From a virus (lineage: Duplodnaviria; Heunggongvirae; Uroviricota; Caudoviricetes): 17,818 bases of DNA. Positions within the stretch are counted from its first letter, which is position 1; the number at the start of each line of letters is the position of its first letter. Below the pieces are notes generated by a model. That model saw only the letters and a list, made by a program, of their open reading frames with translations, searched no databases and was not told where the DNA came from. The stretch lies in the IMG/VR virus record IMGVR_UViG_2713896903_000004; one strand, given 5' to 3'. This document shows positions 1 to 7,401 of the stretch, one piece after another. Position numbers and translations under genes: made by a program.

Positions 1-475
1 ATACCTCAATCTCTCTGACCGTTCCGCCTGCTTCTTTGAATTTTGCAATCAGGCTGTCAGCCTTGTGCTCGAACTGACCATAACCAGCGCCCGGCAGTGA
101 AGCCCAGATATTGCTGCAACGGTCAATTGCCTGACGAATATCACCGCGATCAATCATCAGTAAAGCGCCACGCTCTTTAATCTGCTGCAATGCCACAGCG
201 TCCTGGCTTTTCGGAGAGAAGTCTTTCAGGCCAAGCTGCTTACGGTATGCATCCCACCAACGGGAAAGAAGCTGGTAACGTCCAGCTGCGGTTGATTTAA
301 GTTGCGGGTTTAGCGTGACAAGTTTGCGAGGATGATCGGAGTAATCCGTGAATAGCTCACCACCTACAATAACGTCGTAGCCGTGATTGCGGGTTGGCTG
401 TCGCCCGTTATCCGTTCCTTCTGACCACGCCAACATATCGAGAAAAGCTTTACGCTGGGAATTTAGTACCTGCAT
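1..475 (-). CDS. R: Endolysin, lambda R-type lytic transglycosylase (158 codons; stop codon cut by window edge)
   Basis: Minus-strand ORF from ATG at 475..473 translates MQVLNSQRKAFLDMLAWSEGTDNGRQPTRNHGYDVIVGGELFTDYSDHPRKLV...KFKEAGGTVREIEV, near-identical to my memory of phage lambda R. It starts 3 nt after the holin stop. It is absent from the ORF track only because its stop is truncated. Confidence 0.9.
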   Translation of the reverse strand, partial: MQVLNSQRKAFLDMLAWSEGTDNGRQPTRNHGYDVIVGGELFTDYSDHPRKLVTLNPQLKSTAAGRYQLLSRWWDAYRKQLGLKDFSPKSQDAVALQQIKERGALLMIDRGDIRQAIDRCSNIWASLPGAGYGQFEHKADSLIAKFKEAGGTVREIEV

Positions 476-478
476 AAA

Positions 479-805
479 TTACTCCTTCGAGCTACCAAAT
501 TTGTTGCCGATTACTCTCATTGCAGCACCACGAATAGCATCGACGCCGATCAGCCCAACGCCGCCACCAATGGCAACAGAAAGTGATTTAGGCCATCCGA
601 CATACTCAAGCGCGGATGCAAAGGTCAGCGTCAGAGCGCCACAGAGCAAAATCTCGAGCGTTTTTCTCTTCCAGCCACCACCACCGCCAAAATAGGCAAT
701 GCGCAAGCCAGCCATAACGATCGACATAATCACTGCGCCCAGCGGTGTGTCTCCACGCCACCAGCTCTGGACCAACTCCAGCCAAGTATTTGGGTTATGA
801 GGCAT
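479..805 (-). CDS. Holin (class I-like; three hydrophobic segments, charged C-terminus)
   Basis: 108-aa ORF immediately upstream of the endolysin. Hydrophobic stretches LGAVIMSIVMAGLRIAYF, TLEILLCGALTLTFASALEYV and LSVAIGGGVGLIGVDAI, with a basic tail. Not lambda-S-like in sequence; the call rests on position and topology. Confidence 0.7.
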   Translation of the reverse strand: MPHNPNTWLELVQSWWRGDTPLGAVIMSIVMAGLRIAYFGGGGGWKRKTLEILLCGALTLTFASALEYVGWPKSLSVAIGGGVGLIGVDAIRGAAMRVIGNKFGSSKE

Positions 806-940
806 TTGTAGTTATCTCTCACCTCGCTGATACAGCAGGTGCAAATTGAGGAAACATCATGTACCGCAAATCAGAAGCGGAAACGTCAAAGAAGCCGAGC
901 CAATGGATAACTGCGGGATAGACTAGGCCCAACGAATCCC

Positions 941-980
941 CAGGCCCAGAAACGACAAAACCCGCTCGACGGCGGGTTTA
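941..980 (-). terminator. Rho-independent terminator for minus-strand transcripts (tR'-like, upstream of holin)
   Basis: 8-bp stem aaacccgc / gcgggttt (958-965 and 972-979) with loop tcgacg. On the minus strand it is followed by the U-rich run uuuugucguuu. Confidence 0.6.
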
Positions 981-1024
981 AGCTGTGTGGCGAAGTAACC
1001 ACTCTTAACACAATACAATACTTT

Positions 1025-1053
1025 TTGCGTACGCGTTAGTGTTTTGATAGAAT
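1025..1053 (+). promoter_or_regulatory. Candidate sigma70 promoter for the AT-rich operon (TTGCGT-17-TAGAAT)
   Basis: -35-like TTGCGT at 1025-1030 and -10-like TAGAAT at 1048-1053 with a 17-nt spacer, about 45 nt upstream of the ATG at 1097. SD-like GGGGA at 1086-1090. Motif match only. Confidence 0.3.
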
Positions 1054-1096
1054 TTTCAGCCACATAAAAATCCATTCTTATAATTGGGGATATATA

Positions 1097-2272
1097 ATGG
1101 ATATAACTTGTTTAGAATGTGGCAATGTTCTTGACGACCCAACTGTAGCTTGCGATAAATGCGGTGCCACGCCTCATGTTGTAGTGCTGGGCAAACAATC
1201 GTACTTTCCTATTGGTGCTGTAACAGCAAATCTTGAAAAAAATGATTCAAGAGCATTTGATTATCGATTAGGTGAAGTTTGGGATCTAAAAAATGAAGTC
1301 ACATCTGAATTCATAACCAGAATTGAGAAAAAATTTAGCCGAAAAAACAAATTTCATAACTTCCTAGACTCAGATCACAACCCTTCATCCATTCCTACGA
1401 TCCTAAAAAAATACATTAATAAAAATAATGAATTCATTGATTTATCTAGAGCTATAATAGAGAGGCTTAAACATAATGCTAATAACGAATCGAGAGTTGC
1501 CCAACTTCAGGGGGGGAGCGTTGTTTTCATCCACTATAAGTCTACCGAACCAGAGGATTTGGGGAAACTTCTAATCGTAATGGTTGATAAACAAAGCGCC
1601 TATGACTTTGATTCGGATAAGTTGACCCCAACAAGATTAAATCCAATTAATACCGATGCCTTACGGCAGGCTGCGATGTTCGATTTAACTTTATTCGAAG
1701 CCAGTTATCCAGAAAACAAGGGTGACTCATATGTACATTTCTTGCAAGGTAAATCTAAAAGCGATTTTTTCAAAGACTCATTAGGTTGCCGACATGATTC
1801 GGACAATAAAAGAAGCATTCAGCAATTATTCAGTGCTATAGATATTTTTGCTAGTAAAAACTCACTCGGTCGTGTACTGCGTGATACTATTGACAATGAA
1901 GTTAAATCCTTACTGGAAAAAAAATCAAAAGATAAACACGGAAATAAGTCCGTTAAGATAGAGGATATTTCAAAAATAATTGACTCATGCCTGACTGATT
2001 CACACAAATGTAAGGGAACGTTTGTCGATTTTGTTAATCTTAATGGTTTCCAGATTGACCCTCAATTTGAACCAACTCCTAAAGCAGCTGAAAGCGCGCT
2101 TACAATTGAAGTGGCAGATAACGACAATAATTTTAAGTTGAAAATAATGCGTGGAGCTATTGGAGACGAAAAGTCAAATAAGCCTGTAATTCTCACTGAC
2201 AACAAATGCGAAATTGTGATAAAATTGAGTCAGGCAAATTATGATGAACTCAAAAGATATAGAGACAGCTAA
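1097..2272 (+). CDS. Hypothetical protein with N-terminal C4 zinc ribbon; possible NdpA/YejK-like (nucleoid-associated) central region
   Basis: 391-aa ORF in an AT-rich block. CxxC...CxxC at residues 5, 8, 19, 22 (CLECGNVLDDPTVACDKCG). The central segment (GGSVVFIHYKS..., YVHFLQGKSKSDFF) resembles my recollection of the YejK/NdpA family but is unverified. Stop TAA is 2 nt before the next ATG. Confidence 0.8.
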   Translation: MDITCLECGNVLDDPTVACDKCGATPHVVVLGKQSYFPIGAVTANLEKNDSRAFDYRLGEVWDLKNEVTSEFITRIEKKFSRKNKFHNFLDSDHNPSSIPTILKKYINKNNEFIDLSRAIIERLKHNANNESRVAQLQGGSVVFIHYKSTEPEDLGKLLIVMVDKQSAYDFDSDKLTPTRLNPINTDALRQAAMFDLTLFEASYPENKGDSYVHFLQGKSKSDFFKDSLGCRHDSDNKRSIQQLFSAIDIFASKNSLGRVLRDTIDNEVKSLLEKKSKDKHGNKSVKIEDISKIIDSCLTDSHKCKGTFVDFVNLNGFQIDPQFEPTPKAAESALTIEVADNDNNFKLKIMRGAIGDEKSNKPVILTDNKCEIVIKLSQANYDELKRYRDS

Positions 2273-2274
2273 TA

Positions 2275-3489
2275 ATGACAATTGCTGATGACTTATCAAG
2301 ATTAGCGCAGATTATTAACGGAGCCTCAAGCAGAGTTGAGGGCTACTACACTGTCATAAGTCTTGAAGAAAGCATTGTTATTGTAAATAGTTCTGAAATA
2401 ATTAGACTGTTACAATCTATAGGTTATAAAAAGGCAACAACCTGCATCGAAAATAATGAAATTTGGCTAGATCGCCAAGCTTCATCTTGGGATGACGCTA
2501 TAATTTATGAGAATGTTGAGTCTTTTTGGTCTAGAGTAAACACCCAAAACGCTCTTCCGAAAAATTATATCATCGGAACGCCGTTAATACTCCCTACTTC
2601 TAAGAATGAAAGCATCGAAAAAATCCATATTTTCTTTATGTGGAAAGATATCCTTTCATTAATTGCTGATCATCATAACAGTGACTGCTCTGTCTTATTT
2701 TTCACCAATGAAGACAAAAGTTATACAGTCGAACTCACGCATTTTTTACAATATAGCGAGATTAATCGCTTATCGAACTCGTCTCTTAAATATGAAATTA
2801 TAAAGGAGCTTCTCGACACAATAAAAATCAATGATTTACACAAAAGCGAGCGCAAGCTCGTTATACGCTCAGCCATAAACGAAGTATTTAAAGCAAATGG
2901 TACGTTCAATTTCTTTGACTTGCTTAACTCTACTGAACTCGTCAGGAAAAAATATGATGAACTATATGAGATTTACACAAAGAGGTTTTCTGTAAATAAA
3001 ATTCTTAACGAACTCGATGAGAAAAATCTTGAGTTCACGAGTAAAATTAACGAATTCATATCATCTAATCAGACAAAAGCATTGACTATTCCCGGTGCAT
3101 TAATAGCAGCTGGTGGCTTAGTGAAGGCTAATGAAACAACCGAAGCAATATTGATTATCGCAGGACTTTGGATGATAAAAAAAGTCAATTACATTTCTAT
3201 TGAGATATTCAATGAAACATTCGACAACTTACGTTCTCGAGTGGAGTCCGCTTTCGATAAGTATTTAAAGTTTGAAGAAAATAAAGAAATCAAAGATAAT
3301 GCAGATAGTATTAAGAGTAGCATTACAGGTTTGATTGATAAAGCTAAAAAAAGGATGAGAACTGTTAAATATCTCGCATCAGCCATGTTTTATGGAGGCC
3401 TTATTTACGTTGGATATAAGCAGTTCCCAGTCTTTTTTGAAAAATCGGCAGTAAATCTATTTTATTTTTTATGCCATACTATAAGCTAA
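2275..3489 (+). CDS. Hypothetical protein with C-terminal hydrophobic (possibly membrane-inserting) segments
   Basis: 404-aa ORF translationally coupled to the upstream gene. Hydrophobic stretches LTIPGALIAAGGLV, AILIIAGLWMI and LASAMFYGGLIYVGY in the last third. No recognisable catalytic motif. Its last 21 nt overlap the 3' end of Q on the other strand. Confidence 0.8.
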   Translation: MTIADDLSRLAQIINGASSRVEGYYTVISLEESIVIVNSSEIIRLLQSIGYKKATTCIENNEIWLDRQASSWDDAIIYENVESFWSRVNTQNALPKNYIIGTPLILPTSKNESIEKIHIFFMWKDILSLIADHHNSDCSVLFFTNEDKSYTVELTHFLQYSEINRLSNSSLKYEIIKELLDTIKINDLHKSERKLVIRSAINEVFKANGTFNFFDLLNSTELVRKKYDELYEIYTKRFSVNKILNELDEKNLEFTSKINEFISSNQTKALTIPGALIAAGGLVKANETTEAILIIAGLWMIKKVNYISIEIFNETFDNLRSRVESAFDKYLKFEENKEIKDNADSIKSSITGLIDKAKKRMRTVKYLASAMFYGGLIYVGYKQFPVFFEKSAVNLFYFLCHTIS

Positions 3490-3825
3490 CATTGCTAAAC
3501 AGCCGTCAACAAACCCCATTGCAGTTTGCAGTTCCTTCCTAATTGTGCCATCAGAGCATTTTCTCTTCTTCGCAATAGTGCGTAATGAGATACCGATAAC
3601 AAAGTGGGCGATGATGAGCTCATATTCCTCTGGTTTATACCTTCTCAACCGAGCCACACAACTGTCTATCATGATGCCTTCATCATCATCGCACTGGAGA
3701 CGTGACTTTTTACCGTGTGGTAGAAGCCCCTTGAAACCAGCCGCTATCGGCTGCCAGTCGACACCACTATTTTCTGCTGCAGCCCAAGCCCCCCAACGAT
3801 CTAAAACTTCGTACATATCACGCAT
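3469..3825 (-). CDS. Late-gene antiterminator Q (small QuuD-type Q family)
   Basis: 118-aa ORF MRDMYEVLDRWGAWAA...IAAGFKGL...CSDGTIRKELQ matches my memory of the DLP12 QuuD-type Q family. GGAGG about 10 nt upstream of the ATG. Positioned between replication genes and the lysis cassette. Confidence 0.75.
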   Translation of the reverse strand: MRDMYEVLDRWGAWAAAENSGVDWQPIAAGFKGLLPHGKKSRLQCDDDEGIMIDSCVARLRRYKPEEYELIIAHFVIGISLRTIAKKRKCSDGTIRKELQTAMGFVDGCLAMLAYSMA

Positions 3826-4082
3826 CAGCGCAGTACCTCCTGCACCAGTTTTTCAAACTTTCCAACTTTGGTTTCCAGCTCTGCCACACAATCAACGAGC
3901 TCATCCACCGCTTTTTGTGCGCGATGTTTCGCCTGCATCAGTTCCCTGAGCGCTGGCACCATATCCCGACGAATGGCATCTTTTGTTACACCTGTTTTTT
4001 CCAGTTGTTCCGCCTGTCGCAACATTTCCTGTGCCTGTTTACGTAGTTGTTCAGGGGTAAAAGTCATTGTCTGGTTGTTCAA
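3825..4082 (-). CDS. Hypothetical coiled-coil protein (nin-region position)
   Basis: 85-aa ORF rich in E/K/R/Q heptad-like sequence. TTG start overlaps the DnaB stop (TTGA) with GGAG upstream; an alternative ATG lies at 4067. Its stop overlaps the Q start by 1 nt. Confidence 0.55.
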   Translation of the reverse strand: MNNQTMTFTPEQLRKQAQEMLRQAEQLEKTGVTKDAIRRDMVPALRELMQAKHRAQKAVDELVDCVAELETKVGKFEKLVQEVLR

Positions 4083-5470
4083 AAGAAACGCTCCATCTTA
4101 CTGCTGTCAGTTCGTTTGTTGCTGTATCTGCGCGGCTGGGGCTGCTGCATTGGGGTGGAAAGAATCTGTGCGCTTTCCTGATCCACAGGCAGAAAATGTC
4201 CGTTATAAAAACGCCGGTAAATCGTCCCCAGAGAACCGTTACGTTGTTTCGTGATATTGATTTCTGCTATGCCCCGGGCCTGCGTATCCGGGTTGTACAC
4301 TTCATCCCTGTAAAGCATCAGAATGATGTCTGCATCCGCCTCTATTTCTCCGGAATTTTTCAGGTCTGAGTTCATGGGGCGTTTATTGGGTCTGGACTCC
4401 ACACCACGGGAGAGCTGGCTCAGCGCAATTAAGGGAAAACCACCGGATTTTGCCAGGCCTTTAAGCCCCTTTGAGATTTCACCCACGGCAAGGTCATGAC
4501 GCCCCGTGGTTCGGGTTTTTATCAGCCCGAGATAATCAACCACCACCAGCGCCGTTTCCGGATATTTAATCAGGTGGTGTTTCGTTGTTGCGCATATCTC
4601 GTCAATGGTCAGGTTCGCCTGGTCCACCATCCAGATATTGCGCCCGGTCATCCGCCCCACCCCTTGTGAGAAACGCGCCCAGTCTTCGTCTTCAAAGTGA
4701 GCGACAGATTTCAGACGTGATACCGGCATTCCTCCAGCCGCAGATACCATGCGCTCACCAATCTGGATGTTCGCCATTTCCATTGTGAACAGAAGAACAC
4801 CATGCCCCTGCTCAGTCACCTTGTCGATGATATCCAGCGCCAGTTCAGTTTTGCCCATTGACGGACGAGCCGCAATAAATACCAGGTCGCCGGGCTCCAT
4901 GCCGCCTGTTTTTGCGTCCAGTTCATCAATACCGGTCATCAACGTCCTGGATTTCTCCAGCCCCTGATTCCGGCATTCAACACGCTCAACCACTTCCGGA
5001 AGCACATCATCAATATGTACCGGCTGAATAACGCCCTTTTCCGTCGACAATGAGGCCATCATGTTCTGCGCATCCTTCAGGGCATCTTCAGCTGCTTCAC
5101 AGGTATGCGCATCACGTAATTTCTGCAACGCCTCATTCAGTGTTTTTTCTGCATCACGCAATGCGGCATTGCGACGCAACGCTGCAACATAGTGCTCCAG
5201 TGAAGACTTCACCCAGGTTTTACGCCCGGTATCAGTAATCACCGGAGCAAGTTCCGGCATCTCATTGCACAGCAGCACAGGATCAATCACACCTGAAACA
5301 CGAGCCTGTCTGCAGATGCCTGTGTAGATATCCCGATACGCTCGTACAGAAAAAACGTCCGCCGGTAGTGTGGCCAGAATATCCATCACTTCATGATCTG
5401 CCCCTCGCAGAAAAAACGCGCCAATGACAGCGCCTTCCAGGTCATCGTTACGCCAGACAGGAGAAGTCAT
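4079..5470 (-). CDS. Replicative DNA helicase, DnaB family
   Basis: 463-aa ORF with Walker A ARPSMGKT and typical DnaB C-terminal RecA-like motifs (LVVVDYLGLI, ALSQLSR). ATGA overlap with the upstream loader gene. Confidence 0.9.
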   Translation of the reverse strand: MTSPVWRNDDLEGAVIGAFFLRGADHEVMDILATLPADVFSVRAYRDIYTGICRQARVSGVIDPVLLCNEMPELAPVITDTGRKTWVKSSLEHYVAALRRNAALRDAEKTLNEALQKLRDAHTCEAAEDALKDAQNMMASLSTEKGVIQPVHIDDVLPEVVERVECRNQGLEKSRTLMTGIDELDAKTGGMEPGDLVFIAARPSMGKTELALDIIDKVTEQGHGVLLFTMEMANIQIGERMVSAAGGMPVSRLKSVAHFEDEDWARFSQGVGRMTGRNIWMVDQANLTIDEICATTKHHLIKYPETALVVVDYLGLIKTRTTGRHDLAVGEISKGLKGLAKSGGFPLIALSQLSRGVESRPNKRPMNSDLKNSGEIEADADIILMLYRDEVYNPDTQARGIAEINITKQRNGSLGTIYRRFYNGHFLPVDQESAQILSTPMQQPQPRRYSNKRTDSSKMERFF

Positions 5471-6345
5471 GCTGCCATACCTCTGATACGAGAACGATAG
5501 CTGGGCCAGTTAAACGACAACCAGTTGCGTCCCCCGTCTGTGATCCTGTCGGCAATGCGGGGGCTGATGAATGCCCACAACTCTTCCGGTGAAAGGTTGC
5601 TGATCAGGATGGTGGGCAGGATGCTTTCGTACCGGGCATTGATAATTTCCTGCAAAATAGCCATTTCAGCCGCGCTGCCAAACTGAACACCAACTTCGTC
5701 GATGATCAGCAAATCCATTGACGCATAATGCTCAATAACTTCATCCGCTGTTTTTTCGCTGTCATTCCGCCAGCAGTTTTTCACAGCACGGGTAAGGCGC
5801 ATCACGTCGGTGATCTCCACACTGGCCAGATAGTTACGGATGATGTGTTTTGCCATTGATACCGCCAGATGATTTTTCCCGGTTCCGCAACTACCAGTCA
5901 TAACAAGACTGGTACCGTTCTCCAGCATATCTGGCCAGTTCTCCGCATAGCGGCGACAGGCCGCAAGATTTCTGGCTGCGTCAGGATTAACCTCCAGATA
6001 ATTATCAAACTCGCAGTCCCGAAAACGCAGGGCAATTCCGGCGTTATCAGTCAGCTCTTCCGCCTTGAGGGACGACAGCTCCATGGTCAAATCGTTGGCC
6101 TCAGCGATCAAGCAGTCAGGGCAGCATGAAATTTTTTCTCTGTCCTCGCCATTACGATCGCTCCACACCAGTATATGCGTACTGTATTTACCGTGTTTTT
6201 CGCAATATCCGCGGCCTTCACGCATCAGGCAGGAACGATAAGGCCATGGCTTTTCGCCCTTCTGAGCAAATGCAATCTCTGCCCGTAACTCATCCATTCG
6301 CGCCTGTAGTCTTTTTTGTTGTTCACGCAGGTTAAACGTCATCAT
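5467..6345 (-). CDS. DnaC-like helicase loader (IstB-type AAA+ ATPase) with N-terminal Cys cluster
   Basis: Walker A GSCGTGKNHL and Walker B LLIIDEVG. N-terminal CEKHG...CCPDC. I prefer the ATG at 6345 (SD GAGGTGA 5 nt upstream) over the track's GTG at 6354. Confidence 0.85.
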   Translation of the reverse strand: MMTFNLREQQKRLQARMDELRAEIAFAQKGEKPWPYRSCLMREGRGYCEKHGKYSTHILVWSDRNGEDREKISCCPDCLIAEANDLTMELSSLKAEELTDNAGIALRFRDCEFDNYLEVNPDAARNLAACRRYAENWPDMLENGTSLVMTGSCGTGKNHLAVSMAKHIIRNYLASVEITDVMRLTRAVKNCWRNDSEKTADEVIEHYASMDLLIIDEVGVQFGSAAEMAILQEIINARYESILPTILISNLSPEELWAFISPRIADRITDGGRNWLSFNWPSYRSRIRGMAA

Positions 6346-6355
6346 CGCTGTCACC

Positions 6356-7180
6356 TCAGAATGTCAGTTTGTCACTGGATTTACCGAATTTGTCAGACAT
6401 GGCTCCCAGGCCAGCCAGGACATCGACCTGTCGCTGTCGCCCACCTCCGGGAGCGGCTGGCTGTTGCCAGAATTCTTCGAAGTGACGATCGGGTCCAAAG
6501 AACGTCGCAGCCTGCTTCACGAACTGTGTGCCGGTATTTCCTGTAGCACGTACCCAGGCGGCATACCGCTTCACGCCATCAAGCATGGTCTCCGGTTTTA
6601 TTCCCTCCCTGAGACGGGCTTTCCAGGCTTTGAAGGCTGCCGACTTGGAATTGCCACCAGCACGTTTGGGATATTCCTGCCAGGCCTGTTCAAATTCCGG
6701 TGAATATTCCTGTCGGGCAGAGCGCGCTGGTGCAGACGCGTCAGCGGGTGCGCCAATTGTTGGTTCATTGACTGGTTCTTTGACTGGTTCAAAAGAGTGA
6801 CTGGTTCTGGGTGAATCTCCTGCACTACCCCCTGGTGCAACTCCTGCACCACCTGGTGAATTTGCTGCACTAGGTAGTGAATTATTTGCACTACCACCTG
6901 GTGAATCTTTTGCACCATCAAGACGAAGAAGATAAATATTGCTCGAGTTCCCTTTTTCACCTTTCCGGGAAACTTTTTTTACCAGTCCCGATTCACAAAG
7001 AGCCGTAATATGATTCATCACAGAACGTTTGCTAATCTCGCACTGATCAGCAATATGCTGATAGCTGGGCCAGCACTCGCCCTGATCGCTGGCATTATCA
7101 GCCAGCTTAATCAGAACCAGTTTTCGCAACGGATTTCCCACGCGAATTTTCATCGCTTTCACCATCAGCTCCATGCTCAT
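6356..7180 (-). CDS. Replication initiator (O-like; N-terminal winged-helix, repetitive linker, C-terminal domain)
   Basis: 274-aa ORF. N-terminal HTH-like region (SYQHIADQCEISKRSVMNHITALCESGLV). A low-complexity Gly/Ser/Pro/Ala linker is encoded by the iteron DNA. GGAGG upstream. Precedes the DnaC/DnaB-like genes as in lambdoid replication modules. Confidence 0.7.
   Translation of the reverse strand: MSMELMVKAMKIRVGNPLRKLVLIKLADNASDQGECWPSYQHIADQCEISKRSVMNHITALCESGLVKKVSRKGEKGNSSNIYLLRLDGAKDSPGGSANNSLPSAANSPGGAGVAPGGSAGDSPRTSHSFEPVKEPVNEPTIGAPADASAPARSARQEYSPEFEQAWQEYPKRAGGNSKSAAFKAWKARLREGIKPETMLDGVKRYAAWVRATGNTGTQFVKQAATFFGPDRHFEEFWQQPAAPGGGRQRQVDVLAGLGAMSDKFGKSSDKLTF
6761..6916. repeat. 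Iteron array inside the initiator gene (putative origin of replication)
   Basis: Three copies of TGACTGGTTC (6769-6778, 6781-6790, 6799-6808), then about five tandem ~21-bp units of the form GGTGAAT-N-TGCAC-N-CCT (6810-6916). A more AT-rich stretch follows at ~6920-6990. Confidence 0.55.
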
Positions 7181-7401
7181 AACACACCTCCCAGGCGTTT
7201 AAACATTTTTCCGGACTGAAACACCACCAGTGGGTAACTGATGGTGTAGTTACGCCCCAGTAATTCACACACGACTTTCTGGCTTTCGGTGCTGACCAGG
7301 CAAACCCGCAGAACGTGACCGTTGCTGGTGGCGAACCACTGCCCCACACGGGGGCAACGGTTGTATCGGTGATACAGGGAATTAACGACGCGGCGAATCA
7401 T
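7177..7401 (-). CDS. Hypothetical small protein (74 aa, Cys-containing) immediately upstream of the initiator gene
   Basis: ATG at 7401 with strong SD GGGAGGTG 7 nt upstream. ATGA overlaps with both the upstream 220-aa gene stop and the initiator start. The track's longer 79-aa version lacks an RBS. Confidence 0.5.
   Translation of the reverse strand: MIRRVVNSLYHRYNRCPRVGQWFATSNGHVLRVCLVSTESQKVVCELLGRNYTISYPLVVFQSGKMFKRLGGVL

Noticed and set aside
387-695. 102-aa + strand ORF overlapping the holin and endolysin genes
   Set aside because: Antisense shadow of two well-supported minus-strand genes. No RBS, and a proline/low-complexity product.
1819-3386. Short minus-strand ORFs (62-65 aa) inside the AT-rich cassette
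   Set aside because: Antisense to the long coupled ORFs. In AT-rich DNA such frames are usually short and stop-rich, so these few are best explained as chance frames.
1097-3489. Possibility that the Q-S insert encodes a Shiga toxin or other known AB5 toxin
   Set aside because: Gene sizes (391 and 404 aa), opposite orientation to the late operon, no signal peptides and no resemblance to the A (~315 aa) plus B (~90 aa) arrangement.
1097-3489. Possibility that the cassette is a Kiwa-type system (membrane protein plus DNA-binding partner)
   Set aside because: Gene order and sizes do not match as I remember them. The membrane-like segments are at the C-terminus of the second, largely soluble protein, not in a small four-helix membrane protein encoded first.
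3545-4369. Plus-strand ORFs of 100-134 aa overlapping Q, the 85-aa gene and the DnaB start
   Set aside because: Antisense to coupled, RBS-bearing minus-strand genes; Ser/Cys/Ala-rich low-complexity products.
4585-6800. Multiple + strand ORFs (62-90 aa) within the DnaB-like, DnaC-like and O-like genes
   Set aside because: Shadow ORFs antisense to high-confidence replication genes; none has a convincing RBS.
6761-6916. CRISPR array
   Set aside because: The only tandem repeats in the window are these ~10-21-bp protein-coding iterons with no spacers; no repeat-spacer architecture exists anywhere.
6598-6960. 120-aa minus-strand ORF with HQVV/QEIH repeats
   Set aside because: It is an alternative frame across the iteron array. 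Its repetitive product is an artefact of the DNA repeats; the in-frame O-like gene is the real coding sequence.
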